Assembly (NCBI GenBank): GCA_048772705.1
Contig: JBLWGC010000230.1
Location: forward strand, 930,001 to 994,000
Length of the DNA: 64,000 bases
Reading direction: 5' to 3'
Source of the DNA: Leidyana gryllorum EB-2025a
Lineage: Eukaryota; Protista; Apicomplexa
Position numbers and translations under genes: made by a program. Every line of letters begins with the position of its first letter. The first letter of the stretch is position 1. Below are positions 21,298 to 32,204 of this stretch, in pieces. The notes beneath the pieces were generated by a model. That model worked only from the letters and a program-made list of their open reading frames with translations, was not told the DNA's origin and made no database searches.

Positions 21298-23224
21298 TCA
21301 CTTTCTCTGCCGAACAGTCTGCTGCTGAGTGGACTTGCTGCCATCGTCTATGATTTCCGTCGACTCGTCATCGTCTTCTGCCTTTGTGGTGTCATCTGCA
21401 GTAGCAGCAGCTCCCGCTGCCCTTTCTTCTGCGCGCTGACGTAGAATGCTTTCCGCCGCTCGGATGGCTTCCTCTTCGTCAGAAGGAATGAAGCGGTTGA
21501 TGGCCCAGAGACCCCCCACGATCACAGCCACAGCTCCCTATTGAACACGTTTGCGATGCAAAGGCCACAGATCTGTCGTCACTTACCCCCATAATAGCCT
21601 TTTGGTGCCAGGGAGAGTTCCTCCATGCGCGCCGAACAATCTGACCAAACATTACAAACTCCTCCTTCGTCCTGTGCCACCACCCCTTGTCGGCACGATA
21701 GAACGGCTCGACTTCCCCTCTCCTAACTTTGTGGATCCACTCAAACAACTCCTCTTTGACTCCATCAAAAAGGAAGAATTCTTGTTTCGCCAGCGGACCC
21801 ATCCAGACACCCACCCAAGGCAGCATCTGGTCCCCAGCACCAACTTGCTCGAAGATTTTGGCCAGCGGAGCAGCGACCTTTGTCTCCAAAAAGATCGCAC
21901 TCTCACGCAGACTGCAGGGACGCGGGGAAATCAGATTGTCGCAACCTACAACACTCACTCGTCATCGCGAATCTTCTCGTACTCCTCCATCCACTCGGGG
22001 TAATCGCTCACGTGTGTGCGGCTTCCGACCATCAGCACAGTCATCTTTGGAGTCTCCCGTCGGGCTTGGAAAAAGTTCTCCCAAGTCGCCTCGGTCAAGA
22101 TCATCGGATGTGCGTACTTCCTGGCCGCTTTGCGCAAAGCCCCTTCGTAGTCCGGTAATTCCACGTTCACACAATGTCGCACCCGTAGCCGGATGTTGTC
22201 CAGGAAGCAAACCCGCTTGGACTCGGGATAGAAACGTTCTATAAGTTCCTGAACAAATTGAAACCATAGAGTTACAAAGACTTGTCACCACCTCACTCAC
22301 CCCCTCCGGGACCCGTAGAACTACGTGTCGTTCATTGATATTGGGTATTAACTTCTCGAGCTGGGGCAAAGATGACGGCTCAAATTGTACCCACAACATC
22401 ACTCTCTCACCTTCTCGATCGAACTCTCGTCTCCCAGGATTGCATTGTGAATGAGATTAGCTTTGCAAAGGCTCATGTGATATGATTTTGACCCTGCTAA
22501 GCCACCGTCCTGCCGGCACACTTGCTGCACATTCTTCTGCCACGTGTCGAAACGGCTATCATCCATTGGTATAGGGGTCTTTGGTCTGCCCTCAAATCAC
22601 TCATCGAAACATTTGACCCAACCGCTCGACTCACCTTAATTCTTGGGCCACAAAGGACAAAATGGCCTCCGACGATCGGGGACCCGCTGGAAACTCCGCG
22701 AGTAAATCCCCGTTTCCATTCAACCTATCACCCACAAAAGTCGATCATTGTATCACTCACACCCACCATAGGATTGTTGGGTAACTGTACACGCCGTAGT
22801 TCGCACACCGTTTCTTCGCCACTGTGCAGTCAACTCGCCCAAATCTCACAAGAGACTTTTGCTGCCACTGCTGGAAGTAGTGTGACGCATCCAACATGTT
22901 TGGAATCATCCGCTTGCAGTGACCACACCACGGTGCGTAGCTGCCATACCATCTCATCACAATCTACTCTCAGACAACTCACAATGTCACCAACAGATAC
23001 TTCTCCACATGATCCAACGCATCCTCTGACTGCGCCGCCCTCTGCAGCATCTCCGGCAAGTCGGATGTGTTCCGACCCCAGGACATGGCGTCTTCCCAGT
23101 CGTCGCTCTTCGTCAGGTCATAAACAAGCGTAGGCTGCGCCAACTCCTCTTCAGGAGCTCCCACAGCCCCTCCCTGTGCGAACAACACCCCGATCACCCC
23201 TATCACAATCGATGTCAACTTCAT
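21298..23224 (-). CDS. Membrane-anchored PDI/thioredoxin-family protein (TMX-like), multi-exon
   Basis: Signal peptide MKLTSIVIGVIGVLFAQGGAVG, YAPWCGHCK active site, RVDCT and YSYPTI motifs, C-terminal TM helix and a basic tail. Confidence 0.8.
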
Positions 23225-23246
23225 AGCTACTGAAAAAAAGGTGAAG

Positions 23247-23950
23247 ATGGCTGAAGAAGAGTTCAATGAATTCGATTTGTTCGCTCGGCTGCGAAAACGG
23301 AAAACGAAACCGTCTTCCACCACCGAAGGGCCCGAGCAATCAGAGGACAAACAAGCCGCACAAGAAGAGGCACCTGCAAAGGCAGCCAAAATAGCAAATG
23401 ACCGCAATGACTCATCGACCTCTGCCAAGTCTGCATTACCTAGCGATACTGCACCCTTGCCCAGCGTCGATGAAGCGTTCAAAGCTGCTAAACCCAGGTT
23501 CAAGGAAGAACATGACAAATGGCTCATAACAGAAAAAGCGAGAACAGAAGAGGCTGAACGGGAACGTCGTGAGATGGAGGAGCGACAGAAAAAGGTGGAA
23601 CCTCCAAGTTCAGTCTTCGCCTTGCCTGAGATCACCTGGCATGTGCCCATGACTTCCTTTGACGTAAGTAAAACATGTGAGTCATCATTGGTGTCATTCG
23701 ATGATCGCAGTACTTGAAGGAAGAGCAGGAGAAGGCGGAAAGGAGGTTGGAGCACGAAGTTCGCAGTCAAACACTGAGCCAGCTGCGAGTAGCCCTATCT
23801 TCAGAAGGTCATCGAACATCAGAAGACCGCACTGTGAAGAAGTCCTCAATCAAAGATCGAGAGAAAGCTAAGAGGTTGAAAGGAGGGCAAAGTAGTCATG
23901 CAACCTGGAAGTCTGAGGGAGAGATGCGCCTGCGACAAGACTTCGACTAA
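23247..23950 (+). CDS. Conserved small nuclear protein, UPF0690/C1orf52-like; one intron (~23664-23710)
   Basis: LPSVDEAF motif and C-terminal KDREKAKRLKGGQSSHATWKSEGEMRLRQDFD. Confidence 0.55.
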
Positions 23951-23978
23951 TTCGGTACCCGAGCTCTGCTCAAAATCT

Positions 23979-24620
23979 CTAGCTCGCCTCATCAATCTTT
24001 GGGAGCCTCGAAACGGTCGGCTCAACTGGGTCGTTCACAGGAACCCAAGTTGAGTTGCCGAACATCAAGGATCCGCGCCTCACACGCCGACGTGGAGCCG
24101 CCTCTGGCAAACTGGTGGCTCGCCGCTTTCGGATCCCAACCACAGAATACTGATCTTCCTCCAGTTGTGGCAGCTGATGTAAATGCCGAGATCGGCAATG
24201 TCTACGTGAAGTAGCGTAAGTCACGCTGCAGCTCCCGCCAGTCTGGCTTGAGTCTCCGGCCATCGTGGCAGGAGGTTTGTGCGCGGGTGGAGTTGCAACG
24301 GGGGACGTTGAGCCATTATCTGCCGAAGTATGACTGTCAAAATGCTCTGTGGGTTCGTTGGGGTCAGCTTCGTCCTGCAAAGGAGAGCTTCCTTCCAGGT
24401 CACTGTCATTCAGCCCTTCATCAAGGGCCCATGATGTGGCTGTAGTAGCTACGCTCAATCTGTTGGTTTCATTGGGTGGAACGATTTGAGGTTGTTCGGA
24501 GCCAAAAAGCCAGGCGCGGGCACGTTCTATGGATGCTGGGGAGAGCTCCACGGGCAAATTGTCATATGCGGTCAAGAAAACAGCGGCGGATGCTTGAGGC
24601 TTCATATAAATGGTGGCCAC
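23979..24620 (-). CDS. Hypothetical protein
   Basis: 213-aa ORF, mostly low complexity. It fills the gap between two other genes. Confidence 0.5.
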   Translation of the reverse strand: MATIYMKPQASAAVFLTAYDNLPVELSPASIERARAWLFGSEQPQIVPPNETNRLSVATTATSWALDEGLNDSDLEGSSPLQDEADPNEPTEHFDSHTSADNGSTSPVATPPAHKPPATMAGDSSQTGGSCSVTYATSRRHCRSRHLHQLPQLEEDQYSVVGIRKRRATSLPEAAPRRRVRRGSLMFGNSTWVPVNDPVEPTVSRLPKIDEAS

Positions 24621-24665
24621 ACACGTGTGCTACTCAGCTGCAGTGCTGCCTGAGAACATTCAGCT

Positions 24666-25042
24666 TCAGTGTGGTGCTAGTGCTGCAGCTACAGCACTGC
24701 CAGCTTCAGCCCGCAGAAGCGAATCGCATCTGAAGTCTACGGGCTTGGTGCGCTTTATCTGAGGAATCACTCCTTCTCCGGGGTACAAGAAACCGTTCTG
24801 CGATAGGCATATGAAGAGGTTTGGGCATGACTGATGTACCTTAGGCAATGGCTTCGAAACCTTCTTTCCTTGACTGATGGCGGCTGTGATGTTGCTCAAT
24901 TCAGCCAAATTGTCTTTGACGACAGTAGCTACATTATCATGTCGAATTAGGAGTTGTAGTGACAAGATAACCTACCCTTGAGGTGCTCTCGCTTGGCTGC
25001 GCGCCAGCGACGCTTGATTTTGGACTTGATGCTCTTACCCAT
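24666..25042 (-). CDS. Small basic protein, LLP/LAPS18-like; multi-exon
   Basis: Exon 1, absent from the ORF track, reads MGKSIKSKIKRRWRAAKREHLK followed by a GTAGG donor. It matches the M[AG]KSxRSKxKR..R..KR N-terminal motif. Confidence 0.6.
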
Positions 25043-25068
25043 GGCTCAACCTATAAAAATTTACGAAC

Positions 25069-25368
25069 ATGACAGCAACAGCTGGAGGCGAACAAGAGAT
25101 ATTTGAGCTGAAGAAGTGGAATGCAGTTGCTCTGTGGTCATGGGATATAGAGGTGGACAATTGTGCCATCTGCCGAAATCATACAATGGATCTATGTATC
25201 GAGTGCCAAGCTAATCAAGATCCCGCCGCGAACAAGGGTGAATGTACGATTGCTTGGGGAACCTGCAACCATGCTTTCCACCTCCACTGCATTTCAAGAT
25301 GGCTTAAAACACGTCAAGTCTGCCCATTGGACAATACTGATTGGGAATTCCAGCGCTATGGGCGGTAG
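25069..25368 (+). CDS. RBX1: RING-box protein 1
   Basis: [25 protein letters not shown]...[28 protein letters not shown]. Confidence 0.98.
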   Translation: MTATAGGEQEIFELKKWNAVALWSWDIEVDNCAICRNHTMDLCIECQANQDPAANKGECTIAWGTCNHAFHLHCISRWLKTRQVCPLDNTDWEFQRYGR

Positions 25369-25399
25369 TTGCGTGATTTTGCAAACGTGTGTGTAGCCA

Positions 25400-26690
25400 A
25401 TGATTGACGGCTACCAACCGCGGAAGATATCCAAATGGTTACTTCCCGGCTTGTCCGCTTTGACGCTGTTCACTGGAGCTTCTGTGGTCCTTTTCCAAAA
25501 ATGGATGAACCGGACTAGCGTGTCACCCTGCCAAGATTGTCCTCCGCGACACTTTGCTTCCCCGCTGTGGCAGACTTTAGTTATGTTTTCAGGACGTGAG
25601 TTCCTTGTGCTGCTCTGGCAATTGAAGCAACTCCAAAACTGCAGAATCTTTAGCTCTACTAGCGTATATAGTTGATCGAGCTGTGACACGTTCCAGAGGC
25701 AAGCAATCACACATGGAATTTCCGAGTTCTGCGGCCTCAACTATGAAACCCGCGATCCCGATTCTCTTGTGGTCCCTTCCAGCTTCGCTCGATTTGATTG
25801 GGTCCACTCTGTGCAACGTGGCCTTCACCATCACCTTCGTGTCTACAGTCCAGATCCTTCGAAATAGCAACGTGGTGATGTGCGCTTTCCTCCAGATGTG
25901 GTATCTCCGACGGCCACTTCGTTACTATGAATGGCTCGGGATCACAACCATCACAGCCGGCATGGCAGTCACAGGAATTTATGCTGTCATCACTGCCGAT
26001 CCGAGTAGTCACGTTTCCGCCACTCAGAGTTGGTTGGGTGTGGTATTCGCGATTGTCGGGACAGCTTTCGTTTCCTTCCAAATGATTTTTGAAGAGAGCG
26101 TGATGCGGAAGTATTATGCGAGTCCGGTAGCAGGAGTTGGCTGGCAGGGATGCTTTGGATCGCTTTTCACCCTTGTTGCTCTCGTACTGGCTCAGCTCAC
26201 TGGCTTCGAAGCAGTCACTGAGTCCCTGTATCAGATCAGCCAGTCGCGATCCCTGGTGCTGGCGAACCTTTCTTACTTCTTCTGTGTCGGGATATTCAAC
26301 GGAGCAGGCATGACAGTGACCAAATTGAGCGGAGCAGTCCTGAAGAGCATATTGTACGCGGTCCGATCTGCCATCGTATGGTTCGCGGAATTAGGACTTG
26401 GTTGGAACGTGTTCAGCGGGCTGAATCTGGCAGGATTGGTAATCCTCATTTGGGGGTTCATCCAGTACACGAATCTTGACAGCCCACTGCTTCCTGATAC
26501 CATAGAGGAGTGGCTGAAGAAAGAGGCTCTGTGCCAAGGCGCTGTGCGCGACGCCGACAGTATTGATAGAGCGACTCAAACAGGAAGCGTCGAAGAGAAG
26601 AACATGATCATTAGTCGTGTTCCCACCACTCACACGAAGATAACACCACCGACAGTGCCAACAGCGCCCGATCTCGCGCGAAGTCCATGA
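25400..26690 (+). CDS. DMT/SLC35 nucleotide-sugar transporter-like protein (SLC35F6-like); intron ~25596-25698
   Basis: About 10 TM helices with WQTLVMF, LPASLDL, QILR, QMIFEE, VGWQGCFG and FNGAGMTVTK. Confidence 0.8.
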
Positions 26691-26733
26691 AAAGTCAGGC
26701 ATATTGCCATTGAAGTCCCATCATATACAGCAG

Positions 26734-28081
26734 TCAATCGCTAAGCCAAGGACTCGCAAGGATAAAGCCATCTTGAGTATTTTGGTGATCGATTCGGCGG
26801 TTCGCAGGCTCAGGGAATTTAGCCACTTCTTTACGGCGTCGTTCAACCTCGTCTTTGCACACGGTGGAGACCAGGAGGGGGAAGGCGATGGTGGCGTCAC
26901 AAGAAACTTTGATGTACTGTGCGCCTGCTCTGATCTTTCCCCAACTGACAGCTTCATCTGGCGACGCCCCACTGTCACATCCATCGAATTCTTGAGCTGT
27001 ATTGATGTACACCGCGAAATCAGCACCGTTGCGCATGAGGTTTGCGTTACATACATGGTGCTTGGCGGCTCCTCCTCCAAGTATGATCATACCAGATTTC
27101 TTGCTGGACAGAGCCAGTTTGTTGATCCGCGCAATATCCTGGCAGACATCGACAATCAACCCCTGAAAAGGCGGTGATGACTATGGAAGAAGTAAAGCTC
27201 AATTCATACCGGATTACGTGCTTGGTGGAAGAAGATCATATCACCGATGGATCCGTCGGTGAAAGCTGGGCAGAAGACCGGGATATCATTTTTGGCACAC
27301 CAGTAGTAGACGCTGGATTCATCATTTATGGCTTCTCCCATCTTCTTGATCAGATCACTTGGTGTCCAAATCCGTCCAGTTTCTTTCTGGATTCTGAGTG
27401 CATCGTCAAGAATGGGGGTGAACCAACTCTCGAACTTGACATAATTTTCATTGGGCACGTAGATGTTGCCAATTCTATTCCATCCTTTGGAACGCAGTTC
27501 AGCTCCTTTGATTTTGTGGAAGTCTCCGACGACAAAATCACCAAGGCATTTGACGAAGTCCTCCTCAATTCCACCTGCTGTGCTCACCAGACACTGGAGA
27601 GGCAAGGAGAAGAAAGGATTAGGATAGATGGGATAGGGTGACTTACATCGATGAGTTTGTTTTTCGCCAGGTAGACGAAGCATTCTCTGAGGCCAGATGA
27701 GATCATGTTGGAGGTGTAAGCGAGGAAAATGCGAGCTCGGGTACGTTCTTGTACCTCTGGGTGGCCCCATGAGAATGTATCTTCATCTACGGACTCATTA
27801 TCGTCGGCATCGTCGGAGCTGGGTGGTGCATCGTCATCTTTGAGTCTCCATTTGAGCATGTTTTCGAGGACTTCTGCGGCTCGGCCGAGGTGAGTGGCTT
27901 GGTAGCCAGATGTTTTGAAGCTTCCAACAAGGTCTTTGAGGGTGAGGTCATTTTCGTATGAGCAACCCTTGACCCTGTCCTGATTGTCGGAAATGGGTTG
28001 TGAGTGGACTGCGACCGCATCGTGTGCTGCGGCAAGTTCGGGGGGAATGGTCCCGGTGAGGGTTACGACGGGGTTGGACAT
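26734..28081 (-). CDS. DHPS: Deoxyhypusine synthase; two introns
   Basis: [69 protein letters not shown]. Confidence 0.97.
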
Positions 28082-28109
28082 TGGGGTGATTATTTTTTTT
28101 TGGGTATAG

Positions 28110-29983
28110 ATGATGGTGGAAGCTGAGCCCGACACTGGTCCATCGACGGATGTAACGTTACCTGAGTCAGAGGAGCAGGAGAAGGCCCGTATATATGACT
28201 CTTTATCAGAGATCGTGGACGAGAATGAGGGTGATAGTGGCGAGGGTGCCGTTGGTGGATCGAGTGTTAAAGATCGTATGTGGTCTTGGATGTGGTGGTG
28301 TCGTGCCCGGAGTACGGGAGATGGGCGAGCTCTGATCTGGATTGGTTTTGTGATATTGGTGATGATAGTGGTAGCCCTGATTGCGATGGTGGCTCACACA
28401 GTCCGTGTGCAAGGTAGGGGTGTTTGAGGGGATGCACAATACGGTCGATAGGGAGGCCAAAGTTGGTTCGGGCGTTGAAGCCGATTGAAGCGGGGACGGC
28501 ATTGTATCCGACGACAATAAATTCGCGTCTGCAAACGCTCCCAGTTGGGCCGCAGACGAGCTGGTACCGTGCCATTACCTTTGTTGATCCAGGTTTGCAC
28601 GTGGATGTGTTGTACGACAGTTTGACGAACTACGGCAACGATACTGAGAAAGCAATCTCGGAAGTACAGGACAAATTGGCGCATCGTTACCAGCTGACGG
28701 CTGCTGAGAGGAAAGTTGACGACGCTCAGATCTTGAAGCAATCGCAAGATTGGTTGGATTCGTCAGCCGATTGGACTAGACATTTGAAGGAGGCGAAGAT
28801 GTTGCCAGACACCGCTAAGGTGTCAGTAGAACCGGAGTTCGGTTATGTTGTGCCAATCAAGACGACTGCCGCTTATAAGACATGGGCGAGTCTGGAAGCG
28901 CTTCGAACGATGCGTGTGTGGCCGTCAGAAGCGGTGTTCAGTGCTGGTTTTGAGTTGAGTTCGACGCGACGGCAGGATTATCGGTCTTTGATGACATTAT
29001 TGCGAATGTTCTTCTTGAATTATCACGCGATTGTGCCGACGGGAGCACATTTGAAATTGATACTGTTTGATCCTGAGGGAGGGCCGTGGAGCAGTCGGTT
29101 ATATGGTGTGCAGAACACGAATGCATCAGTGATGACACTTATCGACAACGATGACTACATGTTTCCGGACGCTGTAGCCATCAAAGCTGAGTTTATGAGG
29201 CGGAATCCTGATGTTGATTATCTGTTGTCTGGATATGTGAGTGTGCACTTTGATGGGATGGAGGGTAAGAGCCGGGACGACCTGCTGAGTGAGCGGTATC
29301 TAAAGACTTTGAAAGAGTTTTATGATACGTGGGACGAGGAGGATTTTATGTCAGAGGAAGCGTTGGAACGGCACATCAAGAAGCGGGCAGATCATTACAG
29401 TGAACTTGTTGGCGAGCAAGCGTTCATTGAGAGTCGGCACGAATTCGAGGCCCGGCGGCGAGCCAATTGGTATCTCGGGAGTATTGTGGGTTTACCAAAT
29501 TTGGGCGTCCAGCACTACCGGCGTCGGGATAAGGCCTACAAAGACATACTGAACGAACTTCGGGAGCGGATCGTTCAGCTTCAGGTGCGAAAGCAGTTAC
29601 CGCCGAACCCGTTGGACGAGTTGATGGCTTCGGGGGACAGTCAAGTGCACCGGAGTTTGCGAGTGCATCGTGAGAAACAAGACGAAGAGTATTTGGACAG
29701 TGAGATAGCTAACCCGGGCCAGGACTGGGATAAGAGGTGTCATAACGGATGGTCTACGGCGCGGAAGGAGGTATACCGTCACCTGCCGCCCCCTATCCAC
29801 CAGTGGCAGGGCGAGGATGCCTGTTACAACTTTATGGTTTACCAATCGGGGTTGAACGGAATGTGTATCGGCGAATGGTCTCCCGGTATGTACACCGGCT
29901 GGTCTGGAGACGCGAGGCCACTGTTTGAGGTGGATCCCTGGTTCCCGGACGAAAAGGAGACGAGCAGGAGACTCTACTGGTAG
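28110..29983 (+). CDS. Type II membrane GT-A fold (GT2-like) glycosyltransferase, paralog 1; intron 28414-28451
   Basis: TM anchor in exon 1; YVVP, GGPWSSRLYG, TLIDNDDY (DxD), STARKEV and GED motifs. Confidence 0.7.
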
Positions 29984-30115
29984 AGGGCGCCGTAGCTTTG
30001 TGTAAAACAAAGGTGTCCCCTAGATGATACCTAGCTAGACAGACAGACTGACCGCCGGCCAACATATATACACAAAGATAGGCCCTATTGGGGTGGGGAC
30101 GGACGGACGGGGGGT

Positions 30116-32167
30116 TCAGAAGACTTCCAAGAAGGTCGAAAGGTCGAATCCCCACCACAAGTACAGGCCTATCTCGATCTTGCTGCACATATAGTTGAAG
30201 CGTTCTGACAATGAGACCATCATATTGTAGGTGGAGTCCTCAGCCATATCCAGGAGAGTCATCGGACGAACGAGTTCTAACACTTCTCGTCTCATAGCCG
30301 ACCACCCATTAGCGCACCCATTATCAATTACGTAATCTTTACGCTCACTACGAGTCGCCCACCAATTATAGTCATCCGTGTTTCGGACTTGATACCAAAT
30401 CTTCTCCGTGCGATTTTGATTCTCGTTCTTCGCTCCAGCAGCAGTCATTGTCTCTTCTTCTTCGTCATCATCGATTGGAGTCGACTCTTTCTCGTCCTCA
30501 CGTTTACCAGATGTCTCCTCTCCGTCGCCCGCCTCTGCCCCCGTGTCGCCACTCCCAGTTTCATTCGCCGGTGGCACTGTGGTGGTCACCAAAGTCTCCA
30601 AATAGGCATCCGTTTCCCGATCGAATACCGGTCGCGTGGGACGTCTGCGACGCTCGATCTCTGCATGCGTACCGTTTTGCAAAGCGTCCAGATACTCCTT
30701 GTCGACGGGCCACCATCCCTCCTCACGCAGCTTCTGCAGCCGCGCTGCCGTGACGTTCTCCAAACGCTCAATGGGCTGTTTCTGAAACCAGATGCCCCCG
30801 AGCCCAGTGATTGAATTAGGGCGGTAGCGGTGCCGAAGCTCCTCGGGCCAATTAAAGTATGCGTTACGATATCGCTCTTCGACCGCGCCCCGATCTGACG
30901 CGTACCATTTGTCTATTTGAGCTTCGAGCACAGTGATATTGTGTTTCAATTGGACCACTGCGGGCGCTAACACTGTACGGAACTGCAGAGCTGTCGCTCG
31001 CCAATGTAACTCGGGACTCAACAAAGCTTCATTCTTTGGAGGAATAGTGCCCCCCCGATCAGTCGAATTATTATTGTCTCCCTCCGCTACCGCCGCTGCC
31101 GCTGCCGCGGCGGCTGCCTCTGTTTCGTTTCGATGCAAGTCTTCTATGACGGTAATGTTGGGAGACACCTTGGCACCAACATAGTGGCCGAGGAGATAGT
31201 CCAGATCATCTATTTTTCTGAACATCAGAGTGCGCTGATAGACACTGCCGGGGGCCAAGTAGTCGTCAGAGTCGAACGTCAATACAATGGGAGCGTCACT
31301 GACCATTCCACCGAGCCACCGGGCAGCCATTGGCCCACCGATACTCTCTGTGACCACGTAGCGGACACGCACCTGCTTGGGTACCATCCGGAGGAAATAG
31401 CACTGGAATACCCTAAACATGGCAGCGAGGGGATAGAGATCGTTCATATGGTTACTGAGGGCAGTGACATATATAATCTCGTTGGGCCAGGCAACGAGAG
31501 TGCGTAGACTTTCCATTGAAGGCCAAGCCTTGAGAGGATTGTGAGGGGATACGGGGATCACCAACGCCGTCTCCTTCATAATGAGAGGCTCGTCATTTGT
31601 CGCAGCCGGATCTGGGATTCGGGCCGTCTCCATGGCCTCCTGCAGGATCGGCCGCCACATGGTGGAGGCCCTCAACCAGGTGATGATCCCGACTCGGCAG
31701 TCAAGTGTATATTGGTGGAGCGCCTCTGTGCGGTTTTCAGTATCACTCCATTGCAAGTCCAGTACCTTCTCCAAGAGCGGTTCCAGTTCAGCTATCATCT
31801 CTTCCTCCATGAGGCACTTTGTGGTGTCTAAGGGCTCGTCGAGGGGCTGGAGACGTCTGTTATTCAGGGCGTCTGTGGGTCCGATGCGTTTGTCTGTGTC
31901 AACGACGACTGCCATCTTGATGGGCGCGGGGATCTCGGTGTGGACGCGGTGCATTGTAGTGGACTGATACATTCGCTCCCACTCGTACCGATTGTGGCGT
32001 CGGTCTCGCGGCGGCCCTCCGCCTCGCTGCCATTCTTCTGCTTGTTGGAGGAGGGTTAGCTGACTCTCCTCGCGGAAAAACCGATTCGAAGAGAGCGTGA
32101 CCATCAACAAACTTGACACTCCGATACCGGCCACCAGGCCCAACAACCCAGCCGCCACCCCATGCAT
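30116..32167 (-). CDS. Type II membrane GT-A fold (GT2-like) glycosyltransferase, paralog 2
   Basis: N-terminal TM; LVIP, GGPMAARWLG, TFDSDDY, SAMRREV and AED motifs; colinear with the 28110 gene. Confidence 0.7.
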   Translation of the reverse strand: MHGVAAGLLGLVAGIGVSSLLMVTLSSNRFFREESQLTLLQQAEEWQRGGGPPRDRRHNRYEWERMYQSTTMHRVHTEIPAPIKMAVVVDTDKRIGPTDALNNRRLQPLDEPLDTTKCLMEEEMIAELEPLLEKVLDLQWSDTENRTEALHQYTLDCRVGIITWLRASTMWRPILQEAMETARIPDPAATNDEPLIMKETALVIPVSPHNPLKAWPSMESLRTLVAWPNEIIYVTALSNHMNDLYPLAAMFRVFQCYFLRMVPKQVRVRYVVTESIGGPMAARWLGGMVSDAPIVLTFDSDDYLAPGSVYQRTLMFRKIDDLDYLLGHYVGAKVSPNITVIEDLHRNETEAAAAAAAAAVAEGDNNNSTDRGGTIPPKNEALLSPELHWRATALQFRTVLAPAVVQLKHNITVLEAQIDKWYASDRGAVEERYRNAYFNWPEELRHRYRPNSITGLGGIWFQKQPIERLENVTAARLQKLREEGWWPVDKEYLDALQNGTHAEIERRRRPTRPVFDRETDAYLETLVTTTVPPANETGSGDTGAEAGDGEETSGKREDEKESTPIDDDEEEETMTAAGAKNENQNRTEKIWYQVRNTDDYNWWATRSERKDYVIDNGCANGWSAMRREVLELVRPMTLLDMAEDSTYNMMVSLSERFNYMCSKIEIGLYLWWGFDLSTFLEVF

Positions 32168-32204
32168 GACTCACTCGGTGCCGTGGGAAAAAAGTGGGGA
32201 ATTA

